The notes under the pieces: generated by a model | What the model was told of the DNA's origin: nothing | The model's database searches: none | What the model saw: only the letters and a program-made list of their open reading frames with translations | Position numbers and translations under genes: made by a program | Shown here: in pieces, positions 34,312-47,007 of the stretch | How the letters are laid out: each line of letters opens with the position of its first letter | Position numbering within the stretch: the first letter of the stretch is position 1 | Source: Eledone cirrhosa | Lineage: Eukaryota | Direction of reading: 5' to 3' | DNA length: 64,000 nucleotides | NCBI GenBank assembly: GCA_964016885.1 | Contig: OZ024751.1 | Location: 3,720,001-3,784,000 of the forward strand

Positions 34312-36050
34312 GGTCTAATCGGACTTCTTTTGCTCGCTCCCAGTAAGTCGCTTTATTTGCCTGTTACAGTCGTTTGTTGTTAAATGTTTCTTGTTGTCTA
34401 AGGGATATGAGCCCTTAGACTTTGCCCTGTGAGGGGGAGAGTATAATATTTGGGCCTTTTGGCCCAAATATTTGAACATTTACTTTAAAAAGAAAAATAT
34501 TTTTAAAAAAACATGGCTGAGCCACGCCCCCCAGCAATATGTCTGCTGTGGTGTGACAACGGCGTAACAGTTGAGAGGAGGGTTAGTGAAATTCATACAA
34601 CAGACACCACCACAAACAACGTGAACAACACTGGGAACACTAATTTTGAAAACATTACCACACCAACTACAACAATAACAGCGACAACCAAAATACAGAC
34701 AGCAGAAAAAAATGACAACAAATGCAACAACGATATTAACACCACTAACAAGAAAATAAACAACGACAACACCAACAGCAACAATATAAATTGCACCGAA
34801 AACAACAACAGGGGCACCAAAAACACAACCAACTACAACAGTGATAAAAGCAACAACACCAACAACACCGTTTGTAGCAACAGCAACAGCACCAACAACT
34901 AGACTAGTAGCAGCAGTAGCGGCAGTAATAATGGTGCCGCTGAAAAAGGGGCCACTTCTTTCGCAGGTGTGGCCCGAAATATAGAGACAGTGCTAGTCAC
35001 GGAGGAGGAGATGGCAGTCGCAAGAGCCATGGTGTCAAGAAACGACAATAGAGTTTCCCTGAAACCTCCACCCGATTTCTTCAAAGACCAGCAGCTGCGC
35101 ACGGTGACTTACCGCACCGTAAGCAAAATGTCACATCGGGTGGAGAGAGCCACGGAGGCTCAAATCCAAAAGGCCTTGGGGTGCGTCTGGCAGACTGACC
35201 AGGAGTGCATCGAGGCCATCCCAGACATCATAGACCTCGAAGAAGGGCTCCAAATCTCTATAAGCGTGGAAGGAAGGCGCCCAAAGTGCTATCTTATGGG
35301 CAGAAGGGTCACCTCAGGGCCTTCTTCCCGCAGAAGACAGCCAAGAAGAGGGCCACCCTACTTCTGAGGCCTGATCCGCTGCTACCAAGAACAGGACAGG
35401 CAACAGAGGCAGAAGACCCTTCCATGGTGAGCAGGAGGGCAACGTCCGTGGCACCCATACCAAGGCCACGGACAACTAAAGCAGCGGAAGCAATGGCGGC
35501 AACACCAACAGTCGCAGTAGACACACCGGTGGCAAAATCGCCGGAGCGGGCTCCTCTACCACCACCAACAGCAGTGGAGCTCATACCCTTCCCAGACGCC
35601 ACGGAATCTTATATGGAGTATGAGGCGGGAGGGAAGTGGCAAACGGTCTGCCACAAAAAACAAAAAAGGAAAAACCCCTTAACTTCACCCTCCAAAAGTG
35701 AAGGCAGACAAAGAGGGTCAAAGGCTGCAAGGAGACTTGCAACAACACCACTACCATCACCACCACAAGTACCGCCACCAACAACAACCACACCACCACC
35801 AGCATCACCAAAAACACCAACATCGCAAATACAACAAAACACACACACCCAACAGCAACAACAAGAAAACAGCAACAAAATCACCCCTCCTCCAAAAAAG
35901 TACACAGCCAAAAATATGGCAAATAAAGAACTCTTACAACATATAAAGCAGCACACATCACAGATAAAAACTACTACACCCCACCAACACCAAGAACTCT
36001 CCCGATAAACATAAACATCATTGAAATCAAAATAGAACATTACACACTTT
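34312..36050 (+). mobile_element. Tx1 LINE 5' part (copy B): 5' UTR + ORF1 with internal deletion, no ORF2
   Basis: MAEPRPPAICLL.., RVERATEAQIQKALGCVWQ joined directly to TDQECIEAIPD, EGRRPKCY; begins right after (ATT)n. Confidence 0.85.
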
Positions 36051-36056
36051 TAAGTG

Positions 36057-37250
36057 AGCTAGCCTCCTCCTTGTAGATATGGTGTTTTCCCCCACTTCGT
36101 TCTGAGAGCTTGCTCTTGCGCAACCATTAACATTCCTTCTGTAGTTTTTTTAAGGTCTCCTCTTTTTAACCAGTTCCATGTCTGTGGATCTCTAAATTCC
36201 GTTTTCTTAAAGAAGGTCCTATGAAGGAATTTTTCATGAAGGTTGCACTTCCTCCTTGTTGTTATTTCCTCCTTGGACATCCCCTGGTCTATTGTCTTCT
36301 CCTTCAGTACAATTTTGAGTCCTCTATGCTGATAAGACCTCTTCCACCTACAGATCTCTTTAAGTAGAGTCTATCAACATCACTCCTCTTGTGGAACATG
36401 TTGTAGATAGTCATTAGTTTCCTAGGCTTTCTATCCATTTCTTTTTGGTCAGTAACATTCCATTTCAGAATTCCCGCACTGTACCTAATAATAGACACAG
36501 CTCGGGAATTTACTGCACTTATGACATTCCTACTATTTAGATGTGATTTTAGTATGTTCATTACTCTCCTTATGTATTCAGATCTTATCAATTCCTTCAT
36601 TTTTTTGTTCTTGATTTCATCTGCCTCCAGAACACCTAAATATTTGTATCCCTCTTCAGTGTCAATTTTCTTTATCATCTCACCTGTTGGTACATGGATT
36701 CCGTTGCTTCTGCTCAATTTACCCTTCTTCATCACTAGGATTCCAGACTTATTAACACCAAATTATATACATATATCATTGCTGAAAATACGGACAGTGT
36801 CAACAAGTACATCCAACTCCTTCTCACTCTCCCCAAAGAGTTTAAGATCGTCCATGAAGAGGAGGTGGTTGATGGTAATCTCTCCTCTTGCCAGCTTGTA
36901 TCCTGCTCTCACTTTTCGCAATATGACGGACAGGGTTATGAGTGTAAGGGGAAGCAGTAAAAGGGACAAACTACTTCTCTTGATCTTCACGCCTCCCAAG
37001 GATTCTCCACCTAATGTTAGCTCTGTTTCCCAGGACTTCATACTTTTACTTAATAGCTGTCTGATGTTGTCTGCCACCTTGAAGATCTTTAGGCCTTTGG
37101 TTATCCAAGAATGAGGTACCAGGTCGAATGCCATTTTGTAATCTATCCATCCCATGGCAAGACCAGTATGCCTCCTTTTGCAATTTCTCATTACCATCTT
37201 ATCAATAAGTAACTGGTCTTTTGTACCACGGGACTTCTTTCGGCACATAT
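36057..37250 (-). mobile_element. Dong/R4-clade non-LTR fragment (RT region)
   Basis: [74 protein letters not shown]. Confidence 0.9.
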
Positions 37251-38439
37251 ACACACACAGGTGTGACGAATCTTAGGACGCTGGACATCTAGAGTTTCTC
37301 ATCCCCTCCTCCTTCCTCAGTCGACGTAATCACCCCTTCCTTCCTCAGGCATCTCTTATGACGGACAAATGCACAAGGGCATTTATATATTAGTAGATTA
37401 GTAAATAGTATTGTAACGTAGTAAAGATTATTATAATTTAGTAAGTATTTCGAGTAATATTATAATTCAGATTCAGAAGTGATTTGTGGAGTAGTGACAT
37501 ATAAAAACCAACTACAACCTAACAATGATTATATTAGTGTTGTTATTGAAATAATTGTCTACTAATAATTAATCTTCTAATGATATTTGTTTCAGTCAGA
37601 AGTGATTAACATCTAATTAAAGTCTTTATATTTTCCTGACGTTCCATTCTGTCTGTCATTTACATAACCATCTATCTATACCCCACCCTATATACTTAAT
37701 GGACTCGTCCGAAGTTCCATTCTCTCTGTCATTTACATAATCATCTGTCTATACTCCACCTTAAATATTTATGGACTCGTCCGGAGAGATCTATTGTTGT
37801 AAAGGTCCCTGCTAAGCCAGTAATTCTGGGTTCTGGGTCTAGCAGCAGTAGAAGGACCTACAAAGGGACGTTATTTCACTTTATTTTGCCTTTCATGTGG
37901 TGGGCATAGGCGGTGTCGAGGGCGATTTGATAATCCGGCATCCGACCAAGAATAACTAATTAAGATATTCCCAGGAGTTATTAACGAAATAAAGAGTGAA
38001 TACTATCTGGGGGGGGGATGTAGGGGGAGGGGCGGCCAGGATTGGGATTGAGACTGGAGTGTAGGTGGGTATTTGCCACAGTTGTTACACTCTTGAAAAA
38101 TCAACCTGTTGCTTCTGTTAAATAATGTAACATTCTTGCAGGGAATTCAAGTGAAAGAATTCAATTAATTTTGGAAGCGGGTATTGAGATGTCAGTTTTG
38201 GAATGACAGGTCTGGTACAATTTCTGACTGGGTTCTTCGACTTTTTGCAAACATATCGCCAAAGCGTCGTCAAAACGAAACCAGAAAAGTACAAACTAAT
38301 TTTTGCGTTATTTCCTTGTTCTTCATGGGGTGAGTTCAAATTTCGTCGCAGTCAATTTAGTCTTTCAGGCTTTCCCCTGGCTTCATTTTTAAATAAGTTT
38401 GTTTGTCTAGACTTACATATATTGTAACTCGTATAGGGT

Positions 38440-39473
38440 TATGAGGGCAGAGTCCTCAAAGACTTCTTCCAGCGGGTTCTGTCAGAAACAAACGTCTCCA
38501 ATTGATCCAGCTGGATCCCCAAGCGACACCAGCCAAGCTCATTGATGTTATCCAATCATCTTACTCAGGATCTACCCCTGGATCTCCTGTCGGTAGGTTT
38601 TGACTGTAAAATCTGTCCAGCGATTCTTTCTTGAGACATTTTAACCACATGTCCATATTATCGGAGCTGTGAGTCCATTCGGAGAGGTAGCGACTCTACC
38701 TGGCTGGAGCAACTCTGTTATCTCCGAGTTACGCACTCTATCAACTAACGTTACTCTATAGACCCTTCGGAGGACCCCATATCGGCCGCTTGTATTCGCG
38801 ATCGTATTCTATCGGTCATTACCCAAGATACATGACCATAGGTAATGGTTGGCGTGAATACCAAACTGAATATAGCGAGTTTGGCTTCTACACCTTCCTC
38901 CTTTCTTCTGATTACCGGATGCTGAAGCTCGCACATTACTGTACCAGCTCCTGCAATTCTTGCACTTAATTCAGCCACCTGCCTTCCATCACTTGGGAAC
39001 ACGACCCCGAGGTACTTGAACTTCTCTACCTGCTTCAGTGGAACTCCATTCACATGTAGAGTGCATTGCACAGGCTTCTTTGAGAGGACCAGCGTCTCAG
39101 TAGTCGTAGGACTGATTTTCATTCCAACCATGCAGCACTCAGTATCAAACCTAACGAGTGCATGTTGGAGATTATCGTCTGTTGAGTTAAGTGATACCAT
39201 GCTAATTACAGCCGACTGATTTTACACCTGTCAGTCGTGATACCACTTCCAACCCGGCTGCGTATGTCAATCATGTTCTTGTAAATAATGAACAGGAGAG
39301 GTGACAGTATACACCCTTAGCGGAGTCCGACTCCCACACTGAATGGTTTCGATTTAGCACCATATATCCGAACACAAATACTCGTGCATTTGTTTAGAGA
39401 CAATCAGGCCAACAAGAAGCTGACCATTGATCCCATACTACTGCAGAACCTCCCACAACCTGTCCCGAGGAAT
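38440..39473 (-). mobile_element. RTE-clade LINE fragment (RT C-terminal half)
   Basis: VGVGLR*GCILSPLLFIIY, GMKIS..TE, LKQVEKFKYLGVVF, TITYGHVSW. Confidence 0.85.
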
Positions 39474-39800
39474 GCCTTTCATCCTTACGGGGTCGATAAA
39501 CTGAAGTACCAGTAATGCACTGGGGTCGATTTAATCGACTTTCTCCTTCCTCGAAATTATTGGCCTTGTGCCTAAATCAGGTCCTGGATTGGCAATATCT
39601 ATAGAGCATCAGACAAAATGGTTTGTGGCATTTAGCCTCAACGCTCAACGTTTTGAGTTCAAACATAGTCGAGGTAAACTTTGCCTTTAACACGTCATTG
39701 GTTAATAAAATAAACTACAAGTTAACTACTAAGGTTGATTTAATCTATTTTCCTATTCCATTCGAAATACTGGCCTTGTGCCAAATGGAGGAACAATTAT
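39474..39800 (+). mobile_element. Two older SINE copies in tandem
   Basis: Core GCCTTTCATCCTTACGGGGTCGATAAA and tail GGCCTTGTGCC. Confidence 0.75.
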
Positions 39801-39819
39801 TGATATAGAGAAGACGTTA

Positions 39820-40548
39820 GGGAAATCCCCTGGTTTGGATGGTCTGCCCTACAAGCTTTATGCTTACATACCAAACTTGTTTAGCGACCTCATGGAAGAC
39901 GTCTATCAAAGCTAGCAGCCAAACGAGAGAATGTCTAGTTCTGCGAGCCGAGGAGCGGTGGTGCTGCTGAGAGAGGGCTCGAACAAGGGGGATCATATTG
40001 ATAATTTTAGGCCCCAAAACGCAGTTACAAATTGTTTACCAGAGGTGTTAGTTAAGAGGTTGGCACTCCTACCAGACCATCGTCGATGGTGTGGTAGGTG
40101 TGGCGAAGGCATTTTCCATTCCAAATAGATCCAGCCACCACCACCTCCACTTTATTTGATACATCATAATAGAAAGAGTGGCCAAGAAACCTGGCGTAGG
40201 TGAGGTCCTGATCAATTTAGATCAATCGAAAGATTTCTGTAGGGTTGACTATGAGTACTGGCCAGGTGGTTCCTTTGTTGTCATTATTCGCTGTATGGAG
40301 GACAGAGAATGCCGTGGCTTAGGAGGCGCAGACACGCGCTGTGACTACATCTCTAGCTTTTCCGTAATTGTTAACAGGTGTAGTCGCTGTCCCGTAAACA
40401 CGTGTTTCCCCAGCTCGTCTTCTTTACAGAGCTGTCGTTCTAGGTCAAGAGCTAGAAGGAGCATTTGCCAACTGGAATGTCTTCAAGCGCTCACAGCCCT
40501 CTACTAATCGGACAGCACGATCGGTGGAAACTCTTAGCGTTCTATTGA
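39820..40548 (+). mobile_element. Highly degraded Tx1 ORF2 fragments
   Basis: KSPGLDGLPY, LINLDQSKDFCRVD; nucleotide similarity to 31080-32480. Confidence 0.75.
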
Positions 40549-41214
40549 TTGCAGAGCATTCGATATAACCTAAAGAGCCACATACAGCTCAGGGTTAGTA
40601 GGCTTTCCAGCCATGGCATACAATCTTATTTTAGGTGCTAGACATAGCCCGTCGCTCTGTGTAATACCACTGCTATTTTCAGAATTACATTTAATGGAGT
40701 CCCCTCTGTTTTAAGAATTCAATCAATACATTGATAAGCAAAGGAGAAATTCTCTGTTATAGACAAACTCTTCCAAACAGTTGACGATAAAACTTGACAG
40801 GACAACTGCATAAGCTAATAAATTTGATTTCGGATAATTGCACAATGTCCATCATACCACTCTTCAGTAAAACAAATGGTAAACTTTTTTTTTTTAATTA
40901 CATGAACACGAAGCGTTTTATGGAACATCGGTTACATGTAAATCAATGAAAATTCTAGAAATGAACCATGACATCTTTAACTTTCTGCTAATTACAATTA
41001 TGATTATATAAATGTATTGGTGAGTGAATAATAATAATATATCATAATATTATTTATATTCGGTTTACAAGTAAACAGCCTAATAATGATATATTATTAT
41101 TATTAACTCACCAATCCATTTGGGTATCCACCACGTTAAGAGCGAAAACAAATTTTGATTATATATATATTATATACACATTTATTTCAAATAATAGCAA
41201 CACTACAAATATTT

Positions 41215-41810
41215 AAAAACGGAAAATTAAGGGAAGGGCAAGGGCTCGAGGGTCACAGGAGAAAGGGAGGGTGAGGGTGATGGGCTTATATTTGATATGA
41301 TATGAATAAAATGGTTCTAGACTTCTACGTTTTCACAATGAGTTAAAATGACAGTAGTTAGTATGGTAACTTCAGAAGAGTCAGATATATTAAAGTGATT
41401 CTTAATATTTCAACAAATACTTTATTAAAATCTAAAAACGGAAAAGGAAGGAGAAGGTAAGGGCTCAGGGTCACAGGAGGAGGGGGCATCTGGGCCTAGC
41501 GCGCGGTGGCAAAGGCGCTGGGCCCCGCGGAAAAGACCGCAAAAGCATTTCCGCGGTCAATGGCCAGTGACATCCACTGCAACAGCCACCTCACCTCGCA
41601 AGACTTCTTCCTCAGATAGGCCACCGTCTTTCTGATAGGGGGGAAGGGGGCTCGGCAGTGAACCGAGTACATCTGATGACTCGACGGCGGTGCGAAGAGG
41701 ACGCAGCCGGACAATCCCCGGTTGTTTATCTTCCTTTCCTCTGCATTGCGGGCCACAAGACGGGGGTTTGTGGCTGAAGCGACTGGAGGCGGAGAACGTG
41801 TCACATGTGG
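41215..41810 (-). mobile_element. CRE-like (RLE) non-LTR 3' fragment plus a second 3'-UTR copy
   Basis: ARNAEERK..FAP..WLLQWMSLAIDRGNA; 3' UTR motif TGTGACCCT..AGCCCTT.CC..TTTTCCGT at 41220, 41440 and (plus strand) 3745-3782. Confidence 0.65.
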
Positions 41811-41914
41811 TGGAGAAAAGAAGTTGATCGTCAGATCAGATCAAAGACAGGATCGACAGAACATTTCAACTGTGTCATATACATAACAACTTCCCTAGTG
41901 TTGCCGATTTACAC

Positions 41915-42203
41915 GATAAACGCATCTAGTAAACCCTGTAAAGGGGTTGGTGATAGGAAAGGTATCCACCCGTAGAAAGCCGGTCAAACAAAGGGTCGGG
42001 AAGATTCTTCAGCTATGCAAAAGACATGACAGCTTCCTTACTGTTGATACCACGATAAAATACACAAAGTAGAGCGTGAAATAGTACGTCGGGCTTCCAG
42101 CCCACCTAGATGTCAGAGGCTCCGCTTGAGTACTGACCGGTCTTTGATGACATATCCAACCCATGCTAGCAGGAAAAGGGACGTTAAACGATGATGATGA
42201 TGA
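41915..42203 (+). mobile_element. Second SINE/RTE-tail family with (GAT)n tail
   Basis: CATATCCAACCCATGCTAGC..GGACGTTAAACGATGATGATG; same tail at 45830-45880. Confidence 0.6.
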
Positions 42204-42769
42204 AATCCACTGTTCATTAATTTCCCGTCTATGATCAAATATAATTATACAAACAAACCGGTGCTGATCGTGTTGACAGTCCGTTTAATTATGTAGTCAC
42301 AATATTTTCATAAATACACCTGCTCCTACTTTGACACTGTTAATTAGAAACCAAAAATATTTATTAGCAAACAATGAATGTACAGTTGTCCCCTGGTGGG
42401 GATTACTCCTAGAGCACCTGCGAAGAGTGAAAAACCGCGAATATTGGACCTGGTCCATAAAAAGCCTATAAACGTCAAAATATAACGTAATATAATAAAA
42501 AAAAAGATGGAGCGTCTTATGCGAAGGGGCGTCCAGTAGGCCGGCAAATATGGTATATTGTTAATAATTTAGCGTTAAGAAGCGTGAAAAAATATATATT
42601 GCCACGAAAAAAGCCATAAAAAAATTGCGGAAGATATTTTACGATTCCGCGAATATACGGTGGTTTCCCTGAACAATTATTAGTTAGGTTCTTCCTGTTT
42701 ATTATTTGAAAATGGCTTCCAATAATAAACAGGGAGAAAGAACAAAGAGAAAAAATGAGTGGGGAGAGA

Positions 42770-43020
42770 ACTCACTCACTCGCGAGTCGAGTTTCCTCGA
42801 TCCAATGAATAGTACTCTTTCCATTGTCTCGATCTAGCATTATTACTCCAAGATCCGTTAAAATACCTCCCGTGTCAGCATATGCCATATCCAGATATGT
42901 TGCAGGATGACATCCACTTCTATGACCGTGTGCAGGCTTCCATAAAAGAACACGGCTGACACACTCGTTTTTTGCCCTGTAACAATGTCCCACAAAACAT
43001 ATCCTTCTTAGACGGGAGGA
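42770..43020 (-). mobile_element. Old RTE-like 3' fragment
   Basis: GHCYRA..VSRVLLWKPAHG..YLD..DTG..MLDRD. Confidence 0.6.
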
Positions 43021-43647
43021 CTATCCAAATAGTTCTCCATTTGTAACTCTCTGTCGCGAAGATGTGTGGAGAGAGAAAATAACCCATAAAATAAGTAAAA
43101 ATGGTGAAGAGGATAGAATGTCACAAACTCTGTTACTTTGGCATCTCAGCTGCAATCCCACCTACATCTTGGACAAGATAGCGAGAGCATTGTCACGGAG
43201 TAAAATCAGCGAAACTCACAGCATCAACCGTTCCACCCCTCTCATTGAAGTGGGTAACTCTATTTACTAGTGCTCATCTGAGAAAGGTTAGGAAAGAAGA
43301 TTAGAGGATTTTTTTTTCCAAGGAGTTGCGTAGTGAGATTGAAACCGAAATCAGAACGGAAACTACGTGATTGCAAGGTAAACCTGTTAATCACGTGACC
43401 GTCATTGTGTACTTAATCGCCTGATTTACTTCCTGCAACCTATCTAAATTAGATTTCCCCACATTCTCCAATGTGGGAACAATGCGATGCAGGACTCATT
43501 GGGATGTAAAGTAGTTTATTGAATTGGGACATAGAGCAGTTGCATTATATATAATTTGGCAGTTTATTAGATTGGCAAACTAATTAATAATTAACAGTTA
43601 ATTAGTGCAGCATAAATAGACTCCTTTCTTTATTAGTCTTTATTTAA

Positions 43648-44945
43648 GGGCGGTGCATTGGTAGAGTCAGCAGAGAAATTGAGAAAATGTTTTGCTGTAT
43701 TCTGGGTTCAAATCCTACCAAAATCAGTTTTGCCTTTCATTCTTCTGAGGTCGACAAAATTGAGCACCAGTCTCTTAACCTTCACCTTAGATTTGCAAGC
43801 CTTGTACCTAAATTAGAAACTGTTAAAGTAAGAACGGTAGATTGGCCGAATCGTTATGTTTTGAGTTCAAATCCCGTCGAAGTCGATTTTCCCTTTTATT
43901 CTAAAGGAGTCGATAAAATAAAGTACCAATAAAATCCTGGGTTACAACTGCTTCCTTGAGTCACAAACGGTTGGCCTTGTTTTTTTATTGACAGTATCCG
44001 TGGATTGGCAGTATCGGTAGAGCGTCGGACAACATGCTTAGTGGCATAGAGTTGCGGCCCTTTACATTCTGAGTTCAAATCCCGTTGAGGCTAGCTTTGC
44101 TTTTCATCTTTACGGGGTCGATAAAATAAAGTGGGGTCGATTTATTCGACTTTCCGCTCCACCAAAATTGTTGGCCTTGTGCCTAAATCAGAAACCAGGG
44201 CTAAGATTGACACACATTTGGTAAACAGACAGGTAAAATACTTTGCGGTACTTAGATCAAACCCCAGTGAGGTCAATTTTGTTCTTTACCTCTTTAGGGT
44301 CGATAAAATAAGAGCCTGTGAAGTACTGGAATCAATTAAATTCAAAGTATGTCTTCCACAATATTCGTGAACCCATGCCAAAGTTATAAAACCTTGTTTA
44401 TTTCAGGCCCTTTGATGTGAGACAGTCGGGATAAATGACGTGTGGTAATTAATACCGGCATTTCTTACATCCTGAGTTCAAATGCCTCCTGCATTTTATT
44501 ATATTCTCAGTTCAAATCCCTCCTATATTTCATTATATCCTCAGTTCAAATACCTTCTGTATTTTATCCTTCAAGATGTTCATACAATGAAGTACCAGTT
44601 AAATACTGGAGAAGTTGATTTAATCGACTGGCTCACTCCCTAGTACATGTGTTATTGTGGGCTAGCTTAAGATCAACTAGTACTGTTTTCTAATTTAGGC
44701 CAGCAAATTTGGAAGAAAGGCAAAGTTGATTAAATCAACTTCAGCACTTGACTGGTACTTTATTTTATTAATCCCGGAAAGGCCAAATTGACCCCGGCGG
44801 AATTTGAACTCAGAATGTAAAGAGCCAGAACAAATACCACAATGGCATATATCAGACGCTCTACTAATTCTGTCAGTCCACCACCTTGAAGAACAACTAA
44901 TACAAAGACAGTGAATAGGGTGATGGAATGGCAGAATCGGTAGAG
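43648..44945. mobile_element. Cluster of 6-7 diverged SINE copies in both orientations
   Basis: Repeated GAGTTCAAATCC..GTCGATAAAAT..GTACCA..GGCCTTGT blocks. Confidence 0.75.
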
Positions 44946-44955
44946 TCATTATTAA

Positions 44956-45368
44956 CCCTTTTGATATCAACCAAGCCCAAGCCATCTATGAAACAAAACC
45001 ACCTATTTTAAAGGGTTCATAATTTGACAGCGTTTGGTTGCGTTATGTTAAACATTTTAATAAATTCCTTAAAGCTTTTCATTAATTAATTCTAACAATA
45101 TATTTCATTAGAAATACGGTACTCTATATTTACTATTGTATTTCCACAGTAAAGGCGCTTTACCTCACATAATTATCTCACATAATATGGAATCTACGAG
45201 ATTTTGATATTATTTATTTTGAGAACAATACCTTGACATAAGTATGAGCGGCCGGTTACAGCCGGTTTGAACAGAAAGAGGTGAGAGAATTCTGGCCGGT
45301 TATGGCTGGTTTAAATGCTAAATGGTGGATGAGAAAATATATTTCACTAGAAATACGGTACGAAAGGG
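44956..45368. mobile_element. piggyBac-like MITE
   Basis: TTAA|CCCTTT ... AAAGGG|TTAA termini. Confidence 0.5.
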
Positions 45369-45871
45369 TTAAGATGGTGGATGAGAAAATCGGTAAAAGG
45401 CATATATTTAGTTTGAGTTGAGTTCAAATGGATAGACTCAGGTTATTTCAATAGGGAGATGGGGTTGTATCATATATTGTCTCTTCTCGTGAAGCTAGTG
45501 CCAGTTCCTCGCCATTTTTTTGTTTTGATTTGTTTTTAAGAATCGTAAGTGCATGTTAAGGAGAAATATGTAATTGTATATGTATTTGGGTGATACAGTT
45601 GCTCCACGCTGGTTCCATGCTTTGTATCCAGTCGAATACGGCAGTGGTGTTTTATCTCTGGTCCGCAACCAATCCTTTTTAAGATCTTGTATTTTTGTTA
45701 TTCCTCTCCGTAGATTTCAAATGGTGTGTTTGACTTTGACTTCTGCTTTTTCTGGCGTCGATAAAATAAACTAGGAGTCACGTACGATGGTTAAGATATA
45801 ACATATTGGATACTCCCGGCCATCCTGTGACGACATATCCAAACCTTGCTAGCACGGGAAAAGGACGTTAG

Positions 45872-46290
45872 ACGACGACAATGACAATGACGATGGCGGT
45901 GGTGATGATGATGATAATGATGGTAGTGGTGGTAGTGATGGCGGCGGCGACGACGATAATGCTGACGACGATGCTGATGATGATGATCACGATGCTGATG
46001 ATGGTGGTGGTAGTGGTGTTGGTGGCAGAGGCGGTGGCGACGATGACAATGGAGGCGGTGGCGGCGACGACGACGATGACGATGATAATGATGATGATGA
46101 TGGTTGCGGCGACGGCGATGACGATGATGATGATGGTGGTGGTGGTAGTGGTAGTGGCGGCGACGACGATGATGCTGACGATAACAATGGTGATGATGAC
46201 GATGGTTGTGGTGATGGTGGTGGCGACGACGATGATAACGATGATGATGCTGGTAGTGGTGGTGACGATGATAACGACGATGACGATAAA
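45872..46290. repeat. Compound (GAT/GAC/GGT/GGC)n trinucleotide expansion grown from a retroelement tail
   Basis: Begins directly after GGACGTTAGAC tail motif. Confidence 0.85.
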
Positions 46291-46692
46291 CTCCGTATTT
46301 CATGTAGTTTTCCTCTCTAACCTAATTGCTTATAAAACCAACGTTGATCGTGTTAACAGTTTTAGTATATAGTTACAATATTTTTATAAAGACCATAGTT
46401 CCTAGTTGGAGGTATTTCATTAGAAATCATTTAACTTTGACACATTTCATTAGAGACCCTTTGATGTTGGTACCAAATACTTAATTGATGTGAAAATATC
46501 GGATTAACTTTAAATTGACCCATTAACGTAGTACAATATTAATAATATGGTATTAACTAATAATTCACTAGGTTAAACTGAATGAGGTGTGGGGTGGGCT
46601 GTTGATCTGTTTGACAGATGTTAAAACTAATGAAACTCAATCATTTTGGTTTCAGTGAATGAATTCCTAAAGTGACATCAAATTCTTCCTAC

Positions 46693-46737
<45 letters not shown>

Positions 46738-46930
46738 GGGCGGTGGATTGGCAGTATCGGTAGAGGGTCGGGACGCCATGCTTTGAAGCATAGAGTTACC
46801 TCCCTTTATGATCTGAGTTCAAATCCCGCCGAGGTTAACTTTGCCTTTCATCCTTACTGGGTCGATAAAATAAAGTACCAGTAATACACTGGGATAATTG
46901 CTGGCCTTGTGCCAAAAGTGGAAACAATTA
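46738..46930 (+). mobile_element. SINE, full length, embedded in long (ATT)n on both sides
   Basis: (ATT)14 before, (ATT)n 46926-47007 after. Confidence 0.92.
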
Positions 46931-47007
46931 TTATTATTATTATAATTATAATTATTATTATTATTAATATTATTATTATTATTTCAATTATTATTATTAT
47001 TATTATT

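Noticed and set aside
37262-38090. Possible solo LTR (TGTGAC/TGTAAC ... GTTACA, internal ~68-bp tandem duplication)
   Set aside because: No matching TSD, PBS or second copy in the window
45791-46372. His/Arg-rich and Met/Val-rich ORFs
   Set aside because: Translations of a compound trinucleotide expansion
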